Assembly: GCA_014905635.1 (NCBI GenBank)
Contig: JABVCE010000017.1
Coordinates: 682,001 to 746,000, forward strand
Reading direction: 5' to 3'
DNA length: 64,000 nt
DNA from: Scenedesmus sp. PABB004
Taxonomy: Eukaryota
A program made the position numbers and the translations under genes. The notes under the pieces are model-generated. The model did not search any database. It was given only the letters and a program-made list of their open reading frames with translations, and was not told where the DNA came from. How positions within the stretch are numbered: position 1 is the first letter of the stretch; each line of letters begins with the position of its first letter. Below, one piece after another: positions 28,133 through 40,224 of this stretch.

Positions 28133-28511
28133 GTGTGGCAAGGGCCTGGCCACCGAGTGAGGCAGCTCGCGGGCGCGCCTGTTGCCGCGGCTAGCGTGCT
28201 CCACGAGTTGCAGCACACGAATAGACGACGCTGGGCCTGCACGAGGCGCTTCCCGCGCGGTGCAGGGAGGTGAACCCGCGTCGCCGATGTCACCGGCTCA
28301 ATCGCCCGCGTCCCCGGCCCTGAAACACCGTCCCATCCAGTGGGTTCGACGTCTGATCGCTGTTTCATCCTTCCAGGGCGCCGCCCTGCCGCAACGCACC
28401 GTCCGCGCAGGTGCACGGCCTCGCCAAACCCCCGGCGCCTCCCCCGGCCGGCTGCGTGCGCCCCGCCCCACGCGCGCGACGGCATCGTGCGTCGGAGGAG
28501 GCGCTGCAGAC

Positions 28512-31500
28512 ATGGGCGGCCAGCCGCGCTGCCGCGGCCGCTGGGCGGGCGGTGAGCTGCCGCGCGCGCCGCCGGCGCTGCCACCGCGCGGTGCCGCCAT
28601 GCCCGCAGCCCGCAGCAGCCGCCGCTGGCGGCAGCAGCCGACGGGCCGTCCCGTCGCTGTGCAACAGCTCACTCGCACCGCCCGCCGCAGGCTGTGCGCT
28701 CCTGGCCTGCCTGCTCGTGACCTGCCGCGCCGAGCCCTCCTCGCCCGGCTCTGCAGGGGCGCGGGGCCTGCAGCAGGCGAGCCGCTGTGCCAACACGGCC
28801 GCCGCGTGTGGGCGCGCCTGCCGGCCCTGCGCCGTGCCGGTCAACGGCCAGGCCGTCTGCCGGCGGCTCAAGTCGGGCGCCTCCCGCTGCGACGTGCGCT
28901 GCAACGCCAGCTACGCGCGCGTCCCTGGGACGCCGCTTTCCTGCGCGGCCCGGTGAGCGGCTGGCTGCGCGCGCGCATGCGCATGCGTGCACGCGCGCAC
29001 GCGCGCGGCCGCGCTGCACCGAGCGTCCCCCGCCCGCGCGCCCGCGCGCCGCCGCGCCGCCGCGCCGCCGGCCACCTCCCCCCCCCCCTCTCGCTGCCGC
29101 GCGGTCGCAGGCGCACGGGGCTCATCCCCAACCGGGAGAGCAACATGAAATCCTCGCGCGACCGCTTCCTCTCAAGCTACAAGGCCCTCTCCGGCAAGGC
29201 GCGCGACATACGCGACATGGGCGGCCGCGGCGCCGGCGGGAAGGGCGGCACTGGCGGGCGGCGCGCGCGCGCGGAGCTGCTCAACGTCACGTGCGGCGCG
29301 GTCACCAACCCGCCGTGCGCCGGCTACTGGGACGCGGTCATCCTGTCGGTGACGCCGGCCCGGTACAGCAGCAACGCGACGTCCGACACGCCCGGCGGCC
29401 GGGCCCTCATCAGCCCCGCGCAGGACCAGATGAACTGCGGCTCCTGCGTCGCGTTTGCGCTCACCGCGGCGGCCGAGGCGGCTGCCAACTCGCTCCGGGG
29501 GCAGGACTGGCGCGCGCTGGGCCTGAGCGAGCACGACCTCGCCTTCTGCCGCCTGGCGCTCAACTGCGGTCGGGGCATGACGTACGACGACGCGCGCACC
29601 AAGATTGAGGCGCCTGCGCCCGGCAGCCCGGCCGTCAACGCCCTGGCCACGTGGACGGCCCGGGCGTGCATGCCGTACGACCTGCAGTCGTCCAAGACGA
29701 CCACCGAGTACTGCACCGACGAGGCGGCCCGGCCCGACGCGTGCGCGCCGGCGCTGCCGCCGGGTGCGGCGCCCGCGCGCATGGCCTGGGCTGCGCGCGC
29801 CCGCCCGCGCGCCTGGCCTGAGCGCGGACCCCTGCCCGCCGCCGCCCACGACGCAGGCTACAAGTTCAGCCTCACGCCGCTGCTGAACGTGGCCCAGGTG
29901 AAGCGACACATCATGCTGCACGGCGGCGTGGTCACCATCCTGGGCGTGGTGCCCGACTTTTACGCGCTCAAGAGTCCAGCGTCGCTCCAGCTGTTCAACA
30001 AGACGGTGGCCGAGTCTGATGTCAAGGAGTGGCACGCGATCTTCTGCTACGGCTGGGACGACGCAGAGGGCAGCTGGGTCTGCAAGGTGCGGCCCGCCGG
30101 CGCGCGCCGCCGGGAGCGGCACGCAGTGCGAAGAGCGCGCGGGCCGCCGGCTGCGCTGCTGCTGCCCGTCTCGCGGCTGGGCTGCACGCGCGTGACCCCC
30201 TGCTGCCCCCCCCCCCTCGTCCGCCCGCAGAACTCCTGGGGCCAGGACTGGGGCTGGCGCGGCAGCGTCAAGGTAGCGTACGGCTCGGCGTTTGTGATGA
30301 CCGACAGCGACACGCACGGCATGGCCTACGCGCCCGACTCGCCTGACGAGCGCAGCAAGTGGGCGAGCACGATCAGGCAGGACTTCAGGGGCCGCGCCGC
30401 AGCCGACCCAAACAACACCGACTGCCTGCTGCTGAGCCCGGCGCGCCCCACGCGGCTGGCGGCGGTCGCCTCCCGGCTGGCGTTTTACGCGCGCAACGTG
30501 GCCGCCTCGCGCGCGACGCTGGACGAGCTGACCGAGGCGCTGGTGGCGGACAACGTGGGCGACCTCGGCGCAAAGCTTGGAGACGCGATCGGTGCGCCCA
30601 TCAGGGTCTGCGGCGAGGCGCGCACGCTGCTGGCAGCCGCCGCCGCGCCGGAGCCGCCGCCCACGCCCTCGCCGGCGCCGGCGCCGGCTGCGCCGTCGCC
30701 GGAGCCGGCGTCGCCGTCGCCGGCGCCAGCTGGGCCGTCACCAGAGCCAGCGTCGCCGTCGCCGCCGCCAGCGTCGCCGTCGCCGCCGCCAGCGGCGCCG
30801 TCACCATCGCCCGAGGCTCAGAGCCCGCCCAAACCCTCTCCGTCACCAGGTGAGCCGCTGCTTGGCCTCCCCCCACCTCTCACCCACTCCCACACGCTCA
30901 CCCACACCCACGCCCACGCCCACCCACACCGCCCAGTGCCTCTGCCATCGCCCTCCCCGGCGCCGGCCAGCCCCGGGCCTGCGCCCACGCCTGCGCCAGT
31001 CCCAAGGTGAGGCGCAGCTTGCGCTGCACGCACACGCCTCACTGGCCGCCTCCTGACCCGTCGTCGCGCGCGCGCAGCCCGTTTATTCCGCCGCCAACAA
31101 CGGCCAAGTGCGGCCCTCTGTGCCCGGCCGGGCCGTGCCAATACCGCGGCAGCTGCTTCTCATCATACGGCTGCGACCCCGCCACGGTGGTAGCCGACGG
31201 CATGGACTGCAGCTTCCAGTTTGCTGGCGCGGGGACGCTGGGGCAGGTCGCTCAGGGCACCTGCTGGGCCGGCGTGTGCGCCGCCAGTGAGTGCACCCGG
31301 CTGCGGCCGGCACGCGCGCGGCCATGGACGGGGCGGCAGCAGCTGCACGGGGCGGCAGCAGCTGCTGCCGCAGCACCGACCCCACCCGCCACCCACTGCT
31401 GCCAGGAGGGACCATTCAGACCATGCAAAGCCCGACCAAGTGCGTCACAGCTCCGACCGGCGCCAACGGCGAGTTGGCAGAGGCGCGGGACTGCACCTTT

Positions 31501-33022
31501 GGCGACGACAGCCAGCGCCTCACTTACCTGTCGGACGGATCCCTGCAGTTCACAGGTGGGAAGCAGCGCTGGCCAGGCAGCAAAAGGGGGGGGGGGCAGC
31601 TGGCGAGCTCCTCAACTGCGGCGCCAGCAGGGGGCGGCGCCAGCAGCAGCAGCGCAGGCGGCGAGCGTCGTCGGCTGCGGCCCTAAGCTGCGGCGGCCAG
31701 CGCCAGCCGCTCTCATGCTGGGAGCACCGCCCCGCCGCAGGCTTCACGACCTGCCTGGGCATCACAGGCGGCTGCACGCCTGGGGCGCAGATCCGCGCCT
31801 GGACCTGCGCGGGGACGGCGCTGCAGCGGTGGTACAGGGATGGCGGGCGGCTACGCCCCCTGTGCGACCCCGGCCTCTGCCTGCAGCACGATCAGGCCAG
31901 TGCTCGCTTCGTTGTGCAGACCTGCTCGGCCGGCGACAGTCAGATGTTCAGTGCTGCCAGCATCCCTGCAGGTGGGCTGGCTGCCGCGACCGCAGTCCGC
32001 CGTCCCTGCCACTGGATGCTCACGCAGCCCGGTGCCTGCCCCGTTGCGCCGGCCCGGTCATGCAGGGAGGCTGTGCGACGCCACAGTGTGCATGCCCGAG
32101 ACGCCCTGCCAGACGAGCGGCTGCAACGGCGCGTCGTGCGTCGCGCCGACCAACAAGCCCGACGGCACGGCGTGCGCCGTGCCCGAGTCGGGCGTGCCCG
32201 GCTTCTGCACCGCTGGGCAGTGCATGCCAGGTGCGGCGCCGCTGCGCTGGGCGCAGGCGGCGCAGCGGGGCGCACAGCCAGGCGGTGCAGCGGGGCGCAC
32301 GGCCTGCCTGCCAGGGCGCTGCGCCGCGCCCGCTGCGCGCTCACTGCGCGTTGGCTGCCGCCGCGCCGCTGTTGTCGCCGCCGCACGCAGGCGTGGTGAC
32401 CTCGCTCGGGGACTACGTCGGCTGCTTCCTCGAGCCGGGCAGCACCTGCCAGCAGGGTGTAAACGCTCGGCCCTTCACCTTCCTCGGCGATACCATCGCC
32501 AACACTGTGCAGGCCTGCCTGGCGCGCGCCAAGGCGGGCGGCTTCCGGTTTGCGAGCGTGCAGTTTGGGACGAACTGCTTTGCCGGCAACTCGCTGGCGC
32601 GGTACCCCATCGAACAAGCCGTCTGCAGCAAGCCGTGCGCGGGCAACACCGAGCAGACCTGCGGCGGCACGTGCTCCGTATCTCTCTATTATGCTGGCAG
32701 CTCCGCGACCGCGCCGCCGCTCTATCTCGGCTGCTACCAGGAGCCTGTCTGCACCCCTGGGGGCAGCTCAGGGGATCGCATGTGGCCTGTCGTCAGCGCG
32801 GGGGCGAGCATGACCCTGCAGGTCTGCCAGCAAGCGGCGCTGACCGCCGGCTTCAAGTTTTTCAGTCTGCAAGACGGCACCGAGTGCCGTGCGGGGCACA
32901 GCCCGGTCAGGTTTATGGGCGCCGCCATTTCCGAGGGCGGCAGGTGCGAGCACCCGTGCCCCGCAAACAACAGCCAGATGTGCGGCGGCGGCTGCATGGG
33001 CTCATTGTACGCGGTCGCGTGA
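28512..33022 (+). CDS. Secreted papain-like protease - Pro/Ser linker - ricin-B - 2x WSC fusion (paralog C, more diverged)
   Basis: ATG 28512, intron 28552-28690, signal GCALLACLLVTCRA; SPAQDQMNCGSCVAFA, LSEHDLAFC, WHAIFCYGW, K|NSWGQDWGWRG; (SP)n HRGP-like linker 30650-30850; ricin and two WSC repeats ending SLYAVA-stop at 33022. Confidence 0.85.
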
Positions 33023-34134
33023 CCGGCCGACATCAAGGCACTTGGCCGACCAGCGGCAGCACTGCCGCCAAGTGAGCACGCGCATGCACGTGTGCGCGGA
33101 GTGCGCGTCGCCTGGCGGCCGCGGCGCGCCGCAACCGCGCCGCGGCAGCGCTCGCGGCGGCCGGCGACGCAGCGTCACCGCGCGCGCTTCGCGTTGCCTC
33201 AGCGGCCGGCGCGCGCGCGCGCGGGCGTGCACGCCCAAACGGCCGCCGCGCACTTGCTGGCGGCCAAGCTGGTGTGTTTTGATTGAACGACTGTGTGCAT
33301 GACCGTGTGCAGCGCGCGCCATAGCGTCCCTCGCTTCCTGCGCCGCAGGCAAGCATTCCAACCCCAGCCTCTTCCGCGCGCTTGTAGCCAGTTGCTTTCA
33401 TCGACGCACCGCTTGTGTTGTGCGGTTATCACCAGCATCCACGTGCTGCGACTCAACCAACAAACCAGGCGGCTCGGAAGCACGGGAAGCAGTCAAGAAC
33501 GCGGTCCGCGCGGCGCCTGCCGCAGGTCGCTTTAGTTAAGTTGTGCGCCAGCAGCGACGACGGGCGCGGGGGCAGGGCGCACGTCAAGCCTTTGGGCACA
33601 GCGGTCAGAGTGCGCTAGCTTCAAGCGCGCGCGGAGTGGTGTGCTGTCGTTGCGGGGCCGAGGGGGCGGGCGATGCCGGCTGGGCAGGGCCCAGGAGGGG
33701 GGCAAGGCGCATGCGCGGCACGCCTGGGAGGGCGCCGAGACCGGCCGCGCCTGAGTTGATCGTTTCTGGCTGTCGCTCCCTGCCTGCTTGCGCGGCGCGG
33801 CGCGCGGGGTTGAGTGGTGGCACTGCCGCCCGGGGTTCAAGCCGCCGCTGGTGACGCGGTCCGGCGGCGCACGGCTCGGCGAGGCGGGCTCGTCCTGGGT
33901 GCCTGCCAGACGCCTTCAGACCAGCGGCGGCTCCCAGCCGGCGCCTCACCGCGGCCACCACCACCACCGCCTGCGCAGCAGCAGCAGCGCCGGCGGCCGC
34001 TGTTTCCGTGCGGGGCGGCGGCGCCCAGGCCGACGCGCGTGGCGAGGGCTCAGCTTCGTGCCAGCGGTCTGCTGAGGATCGTAACTCGCGTGTCGCGGTC
34101 GGCCAACGAGCGCCAGCGCCCCCAGACAGGGGCC

Positions 34135-35007
34135 ATGCTGCACCTGCGCCGCCTCGCCCGCGGCCGCCACGCGGCGGCGCTGCCCGGCTGCAGTCGGCGC
34201 TGGGGCCGGCTGCAGTCAGCGCCGCTGTGGAGCGCCCGGGGCGCCCAGCCCGGCTGGGCGTGCGCCGCACGCGGCGGGCAGCAGCCGCCGGGCGGCGGCG
34301 AGCCGGAGGCGCTCGACATCGACGCCCTGCTCGCCGACGAGACCGCCATGGCCGCGCTGCGCAGCCACCTGCTGTCGGAGATGGCGCGCGGCGAGCGCGG
34401 CGAGCCGCCGGCCGCGGGCGGGGGCCGCGCGCAGCCCCGCGTGCTGGCGCCGGCGCGCGGCGGCGGCGGCGGTGGCGGCCGGGGCGCGGCGTTTGACAGC
34501 GACGAGTACGACGTGGGCGCGCTGGACAGCATGCAGCCGGCCGAGGCCGACGACGGCGCCGACGAGCTGTCGCGGCTCGCCGCCGACAAGGTGCGGCGCC
34601 TCGCCGCGCGCGGCTGCACGGGGCGCGGGGCGCGGGGCGCGGCGCGCGGCTGCGCGGGCGCGCGCCGCGACGGCCGCGCCGCCCGCGCGCCCTGGCGCTG
34701 CGCCGCCGCGCAGCTGGCGCACGAGTCGAGCGACATCGCCGCCCACATCCTGGCGGAGCACTCGGCGGACGACCTGCTCGATGCCGCGCCCCGCGGCGGC
34801 GGCGCCGAGCGGCAGCAGCAGGGCAGGGCGGCGGCGCCGCCGCGCGGCGGCGGCGGCGCCGGCGCGCAAAAGAGTGCGGGCCAGCAGGAGGTGCAGCGGC
34901 AGCAGCCGCGGGGCGCTGGGGGCAAGGCGGCAGCAGCGGCCGGGCGCGCTGGCAGCCCCGGCAAGGGCAACGGCGGCAGCAGCGGCAGCGGAAGCAGCGG
35001 CGGCGGC

Positions 35008-35050
<43 letters not shown>

Positions 35051-37063
35051 GCGGCGGCGGCAGCGGCCGCAGCAGCGGCAGCGGCGGCAGCGGCAGCGGC
35101 CGCAGCAGCGGCAGCGGCGGCAGCGGCAGCGGCACCGCCGCGCGGCTGGCTGGTGACACCGCGATCGGGCGCGTCGTGGCCGAGGCCACGCCGGGCACGC
35201 CGGTGGTCGTGCTGAAAAAGGGCAAAGCGCGGCTGTTTGAGGGCGCCGGCTCGCCCCTCGTCTACGGCGGCGCCACGGACTGCATCCTCGGCAGCCCGCC
35301 CGCCGCGGGCGACGCGGTCGTCGTGGCCGACCACACGCGCACGCCCATCGGCTGGGGCGTCTTCAACGGCGTGTCGATGTTCCGCGTCAGGCGCGCCGCG
35401 GCGCGGCGCGGCGCGCCGCCCCGCGCCGCCGGCCGCGCCGTCCGGGCGCGTTTGCGCCCGGGACGCAGCGCCCCACGCACCGCACGCGCGCCGCGCACAG
35501 CACGCGCGTGTCACCCGCGCGCCGCCCGGCCGCCGACCGCGCAGGCTGCTGCAGAGCGAGGCCGAGGCCCTGTCGGACGACAGCGCGGTGCTCAACCTGC
35601 CTGCGCTGCTGGACGAGCGCGTGCGCCAGGCGGTGGCGCTGCGGCGCTTCCTGGGCCTGGGCGTGGCCGGGGGCGACACCGACGTCTATCGGCTGATCAA
35701 CAGCGAGGGCGATCGCCTCTCGGGCCTCGTCGCGGATCTCCTGGGAGACACGCTGGTGGTACAGGTGCGGCCGGCGCGCGGAGGGGGCGCGCGCCCGGCG
35801 CAGCGCGCTGCGCCGTCGACGGCGGGCCGGGCCCCGCCCCGACCGCCGCCGCCGCCGGCGCGCGCCGCCGCCCCTCTGCGCGCCGCGCGGCAGTCGTGCG
35901 CCGCCTGGACGGAGCGGCACCGAGGCGACATCACCGACGCGCTGCTGCGCCACTCGGGCGCCGCGCGCGTGGTGTGGCGGCCCGCCGCCGGCATCCTCAG
36001 GGAGGAGGGCGTGGAGGTGGCGGCCGAGGCGGAGGCCGAGCCGGAGGCCGAGCCGGAGGCCGCGCCCGGCGCGGCGGGCGCCAGCGCCGCGGGCTCGCCG
36101 CTGTCGTCGCAGGCGGATGAGCCCGGCGGCGCGCCGCCGGCGCGCCTCGTGGTCGTGCGCGAGTGCGGCGTGAAGTTCCACGCCTGCCCCGAGGAGGGCC
36201 AGAAGACGGGCTTCTACGCCGACCAGCGCGCCAACCGCTCCGCCGTCGCCGCGCTGGCGGCCGGGAAGAGCGTGCTCGACCTCTGCTGCTTCACCGGCGG
36301 CTTCGGCCTCCGCGCCGCGGCGGCGGGCGCCGCGGCGGTCACGGGCGTCGACTCGTCCGCCGCCGCGGTCGAGCTCGCGACCGCCAACGCCGCGCTCAAC
36401 GGCCTGTCGGGCAGGTGCGGCGCGGCGGGCCGCCGTGCGGGCGGGCGCGCCTCCCTCGCCGCGCGCGCGCGCGCGCGCGCGTCTCGCGGCCGCGCCGCCG
36501 CCGCCCGCCGCTGCGACCGCTGACGGACGCGGCGCGCCTGCGCGTTTGTCGGGGCCCAGGGCCGTGTTTGTGAGGGACGACATCAAAAAGTTCCTGCATG
36601 CGGCCATCGAGGCGGGCAGCTCCTACGACATCGTCATCCTGGACCCGCCCAAGCTGGCGCCAAGCAAGGCCTCCCTGCCGAGGGCGTCCAGCAAGTACAG
36701 GTGCGGGGCTGCGCAGCGCCCCGATCGGCCCAGGGCCCCGCGCTCACGCTGGCCGGCCTGGCGCTGCAGCTGGTGGCCGAGGCGCGGCGCCCCGCCCCGC
36801 CCGTCCCCCGCCCTGCCCCGGTGCGCGGCAGGCAGCTCAACAGGCTCGCCCTCGGCGTCGTCCGCCCCGGCGGCGTGCTGCTCACCTGCTCGTGCAGCGG
36901 CGCAATGACACAGAGCGGCGGCCTGCCCCGCATCGTCGCCGACGCGGCGGCGGAGGCGGACCGCCAGGTCACGCTGCTGTGGACGGCCGGCGCTGCGCCC
37001 GACCACCCGCTGCACCCGGCCTGGCCGCCGTACCTGACCGCGCTCGCCTACCGCGTGCTGTGA
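34135..37063 (+). CDS. rlmI: RlmI-like SAM-dependent rRNA m5C methyltransferase, probably organelle-targeted
   Basis: PUA-like [91 protein letters not shown]. Arg-rich N-terminal transit-like peptide. Confidence 0.9.
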
Positions 37064-38365
37064 CGGCGTCAAGTGCGGCGGTGGCGGTGGCGGTGGCGCT
37101 GGCGGTTGTGCTGCAGCGGCAGCGGCGGCCCGCGCCACCCGTGGCTGCCGGAGAGGCTCTGAGAGGCTCTGGCAGCGCGTGCGGCCTGCATGCTGCCGCG
37201 CTGGCGGCGCCCAGGGCCGCGGCGCGTGCGCGCTCGGGGGCGGTGCGGGGCTCTGCGGCTGAACCCTTCTGCCCTGCGATCGCCGAGTCGCGCAGAGCCG
37301 GCGGCGCGCGCGCAATCCCCCAGCGCCCTGCACCCGGGCTGCAGCTGAGGAGTGGGGGGCAGTAGCCACCGCAGCACAGCCGCGTCCGCAGACTTGGGTT
37401 TAGGCGCGCGCGGTCAGCGACAGAGCCTGCCGACGCACCGACGCGCGGCCTGGCCGGTAGTCCGCGCAGCCAGCGCCTGCACGGCGGCGGCCAGCCAGCT
37501 GCAGCACGGCACTGCCAGCAGCTGCCACGTGCCGGTTGGGGGCACTGAGGGCAGCTGCAAGCGGCGCCAGCGCGCCGCCGATTGCGAGTCACCGGCCGGG
37601 CGCGGCCGGCGCGCGGGTTGTGCTGCCTCCGGCGCGTGCCTGGCTGCCCGGCCCTGCACGCACTCCCTGCGCTACGGCCAGCCGCTGCCGCCCCTGGGGC
37701 CGTCGGCTCGGCTCGCTGCGGCCCGGGTCAACGCCGCCCTCCGCGGTCAACCGCCACGAGCCCGCGGAGTCCGCCCCGATCAGGCGGTCGCGCAGTGCCT
37801 TCGAGCTTCTCATGCTCTTGGGCGCGCACACGCACCATTGCGCGCCGTCCTGTCCCTGCCGGCCGGCCGCGGCGCGAGGCTCGGCGGCCATCCCGAGCGC
37901 TCGCGGCGCGGGGCGGGCTCACCGACCGCCGCCGCCCGTTGCAGGGGTTTCTTTGGCTCTGAGGAATGATAAGAGCGCTCAATCGGGAGTTTTCAGTGCC
38001 TCTGGAACTCCGCGGTTGCGCCTGTTACAGCAGAGCCCCGTGCAGTTGCCCCGCTGCCGTCGCTCCCGCTATAGGCCAGGCTCCGCCAGGCCGCCCCCAC
38101 CCTGGCGCGTAGAACCTGCGTAGGCTAGCGTCTCGGTGCTGCCGCAATCGCCCCAGGCAGCAGCGCGTAACCGACCAGGCGCGCCCGGCAGCCCTCGCGG
38201 CCGTCGCAGGTGCGCGGCGAGCGGCCCGCAGTGCGGCCAGGGCGTGGACGTGGGCGGCGCGCAGCTGGGATGCCCAGGCGGGCGGGGGCGGCAGCAATAC
38301 ATCCCGCAGTTGGCGGCCCCCGCCCCTCGCTCACCGCGCGCCCCGCCGCCCGCAGGCTCCTCAAA

Positions 38366-40224
38366 ATGCGTGCCTCCGTGGCAGCGCTGCTGCTGCTCGG
38401 CGCGCTGGCGTGCGCCAGCGCAGGCGGCGTGGGTGAGCTCCGCGATTCCGCGCTCGCGGTTGCGCCGTTGCCGCGCGCGCGGCGCGCGCATGCCCGGCCT
38501 CAGCGCGTCCGGGCGGTCAGTGTCAGCCCTCGGACCTCGGACGCGCGCCGCTGGCCTGTCAGCCCCGCCAGGCGACCGGGGCCAGGCCTGCTGGTCGGCC
38601 GGGGAGCTGTTGCTGTTGCTGCTGCCAGCCCACCCTCGGGAGACCTCCTGACCGCGCACCCCGCTGCCCCTGACTGCTCGCCAACCCCACAGACGTGTCG
38701 ATCCCCAAGAAGGGCACCGGCCGCCAGACCTGCATCCTGCCCATCAAGCAGATTCGCTGCACGGTCGACACCAAGACCGGCTTCGTCGCTGGCTTCAGGT
38801 GCGCGGCGCGGCGCGCCCCGGAGTGCCCGGCGGCCTTGCAATCCCGGGCCCCAGGCAGGGCGAGCTCCCGGCGCGCCTGCGTGGCCGACGCGCCGCGCCG
38901 CGCGCGCGTCCGCCCACCGCCAGGTACGGCTGGGGCCCCTATGGCGACGCCAACGTGTGCGCCCAGGGTAACTCCTTCCAGACCACCTGGGACATGAGCC
39001 CCTCGACCTACGTGCCCGTGGTGCAGTGCGCCGACGGCTCCACGTACCCGCCGAACGCCGTGCCCGCGAACGTGCCGAACTGGCCGTCCCCCGGCAAGGG
39101 CCCCATTCCCGCCGACCAGCTGATGCCCTACGGCTCGCTCATCACCCAGATGCTCGCCCTCGCCGCGCCCAACCCGCTCGGCGAGCACTTCGGCGACCTT
39201 GCCGCCGTGAGCTTCCGCTACACCAACCAGCTGCTCGTGGAGGCCGCCGCCGCGGGCTGCATCCCCGAGCCCTACGAGTGGGCGACGTGCGGCAACATCG
39301 AGTACGCCAACGCCTACCTCAACCCCGGCGCCGGCCCCGCCCCGGCGCCGGTGACGCTCAAGGCCGCGTACTCGAGCCCCCTGGCCGAGGACGACACCCC
39401 GTCCTTCTTGGGCTCCTTCCAGGTGCGGCACCGCCGACGCCGCGCGGCCGACCGAGGGCGGCGCGAGCAGCGCCGCAGCCCCGCGCCACCTTGAGCCGCC
39501 GCCGCTCACGCGCCGCCGCCCGCCGGCCCCGCCCCGCCCTTGCGCAGGCCAAGTGCGCGCCCCGCGGCTCCAACTACATGGGCGGCGACCCGCAGACCTC
39601 CTCCAAGTTCTTCGTGGAGCAGTTCAAGCAGGTCTGCTTCGCCAAGCGTGAGTGACCTGACCTGCGATCCTACCGAACCCTGGGCTCTGCGCCGCCCGGG
39701 GCGGCGTGCTGCGTGTGCCGCGCCGGCCCGCCCGCGCGCCGCTGCAGCAGCCGCGCTGACGCCGGCGCCCGCCCGCGCACACGCGCGCGCCCGCCGCAGT
39801 GGCGCACGTCGTGCCCACCTCGCCCAGGACGCCCCTGCCTCCCCGCCCGGACGTCAGCTACAACTGGAACGTGCCCTTCAAGCCCTGCTACTTCGACAAG
39901 AAGGCCAACAAGGACAGCGCGTCGCTGTCGTGCGCGGAGTCGGGCGCCGCCGTGGCCACCGGTGCGCGCTCGGCCAGCGCGCGCGCGCGCACACTCCACC
40001 ACCACCACACCGCACACACACACACAAACGCTCGCACACACAAACGCTCACCCCGCGCCTAAACCACACCTGCCCGCGTGCTTGCAGGCAAGTACGGCGT
40101 GATCTACGTCGACAAGGACGACGGCCACGCGTACGACTGGAAGTACGACCACGACAAGGAGGAGTACCAGAGGGTGCGCGCCGCGTCGGTGTTCGAGGGC
40201 ACCGACCCCCAGGACGAGGAGTAG
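38366..40224 (+). CDS. Secreted Cys-containing protein of unknown function
   Basis: Signal MRASVAALLLLGALACASA. About 6 exons with strong codon bias splice in frame (DVSIPKKGTGRQTCILPIKQIRC...YGWGPYGDANVC...YNWNVPFKPCYFDK...VFEGTDPQDEE-stop). Confidence 0.8.

Larger units (their letters stand above)
24180..33745. repeat. Inverted repeat pair ~24180-24690 / ~33215-33745
   Basis: The core ccgagccgcctggtttgttggttgagtcgcagcacgtggatgctggtgataa (~24425) is the exact reverse complement of ~33426-33477. Alignment extends ~500 bp with mismatches. Confidence 0.9.
23670..37580. repeat. Outer inverted repeat pair ~23670-23835 / ~37410-37580
   Basis: agctgctggcaatgccgtgctgcagctggctggccgccgc (~23738) matches the reverse complement of ~37485-37525 with one mismatch; similarity extends on both sides. 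Confidence 0.8.

Noticed and set aside
28182..31010. 942 aa ORF as a single-exon protein
   Set aside because: It reads through several in-frame introns; the spliced model from ATG 28512 gives a signal peptide and matches paralog B.
34135..37063. Bacterial contamination or recent HGT of rlmI
   Set aside because: Contains spliceosomal introns, a transit-like peptide and host-like composition.
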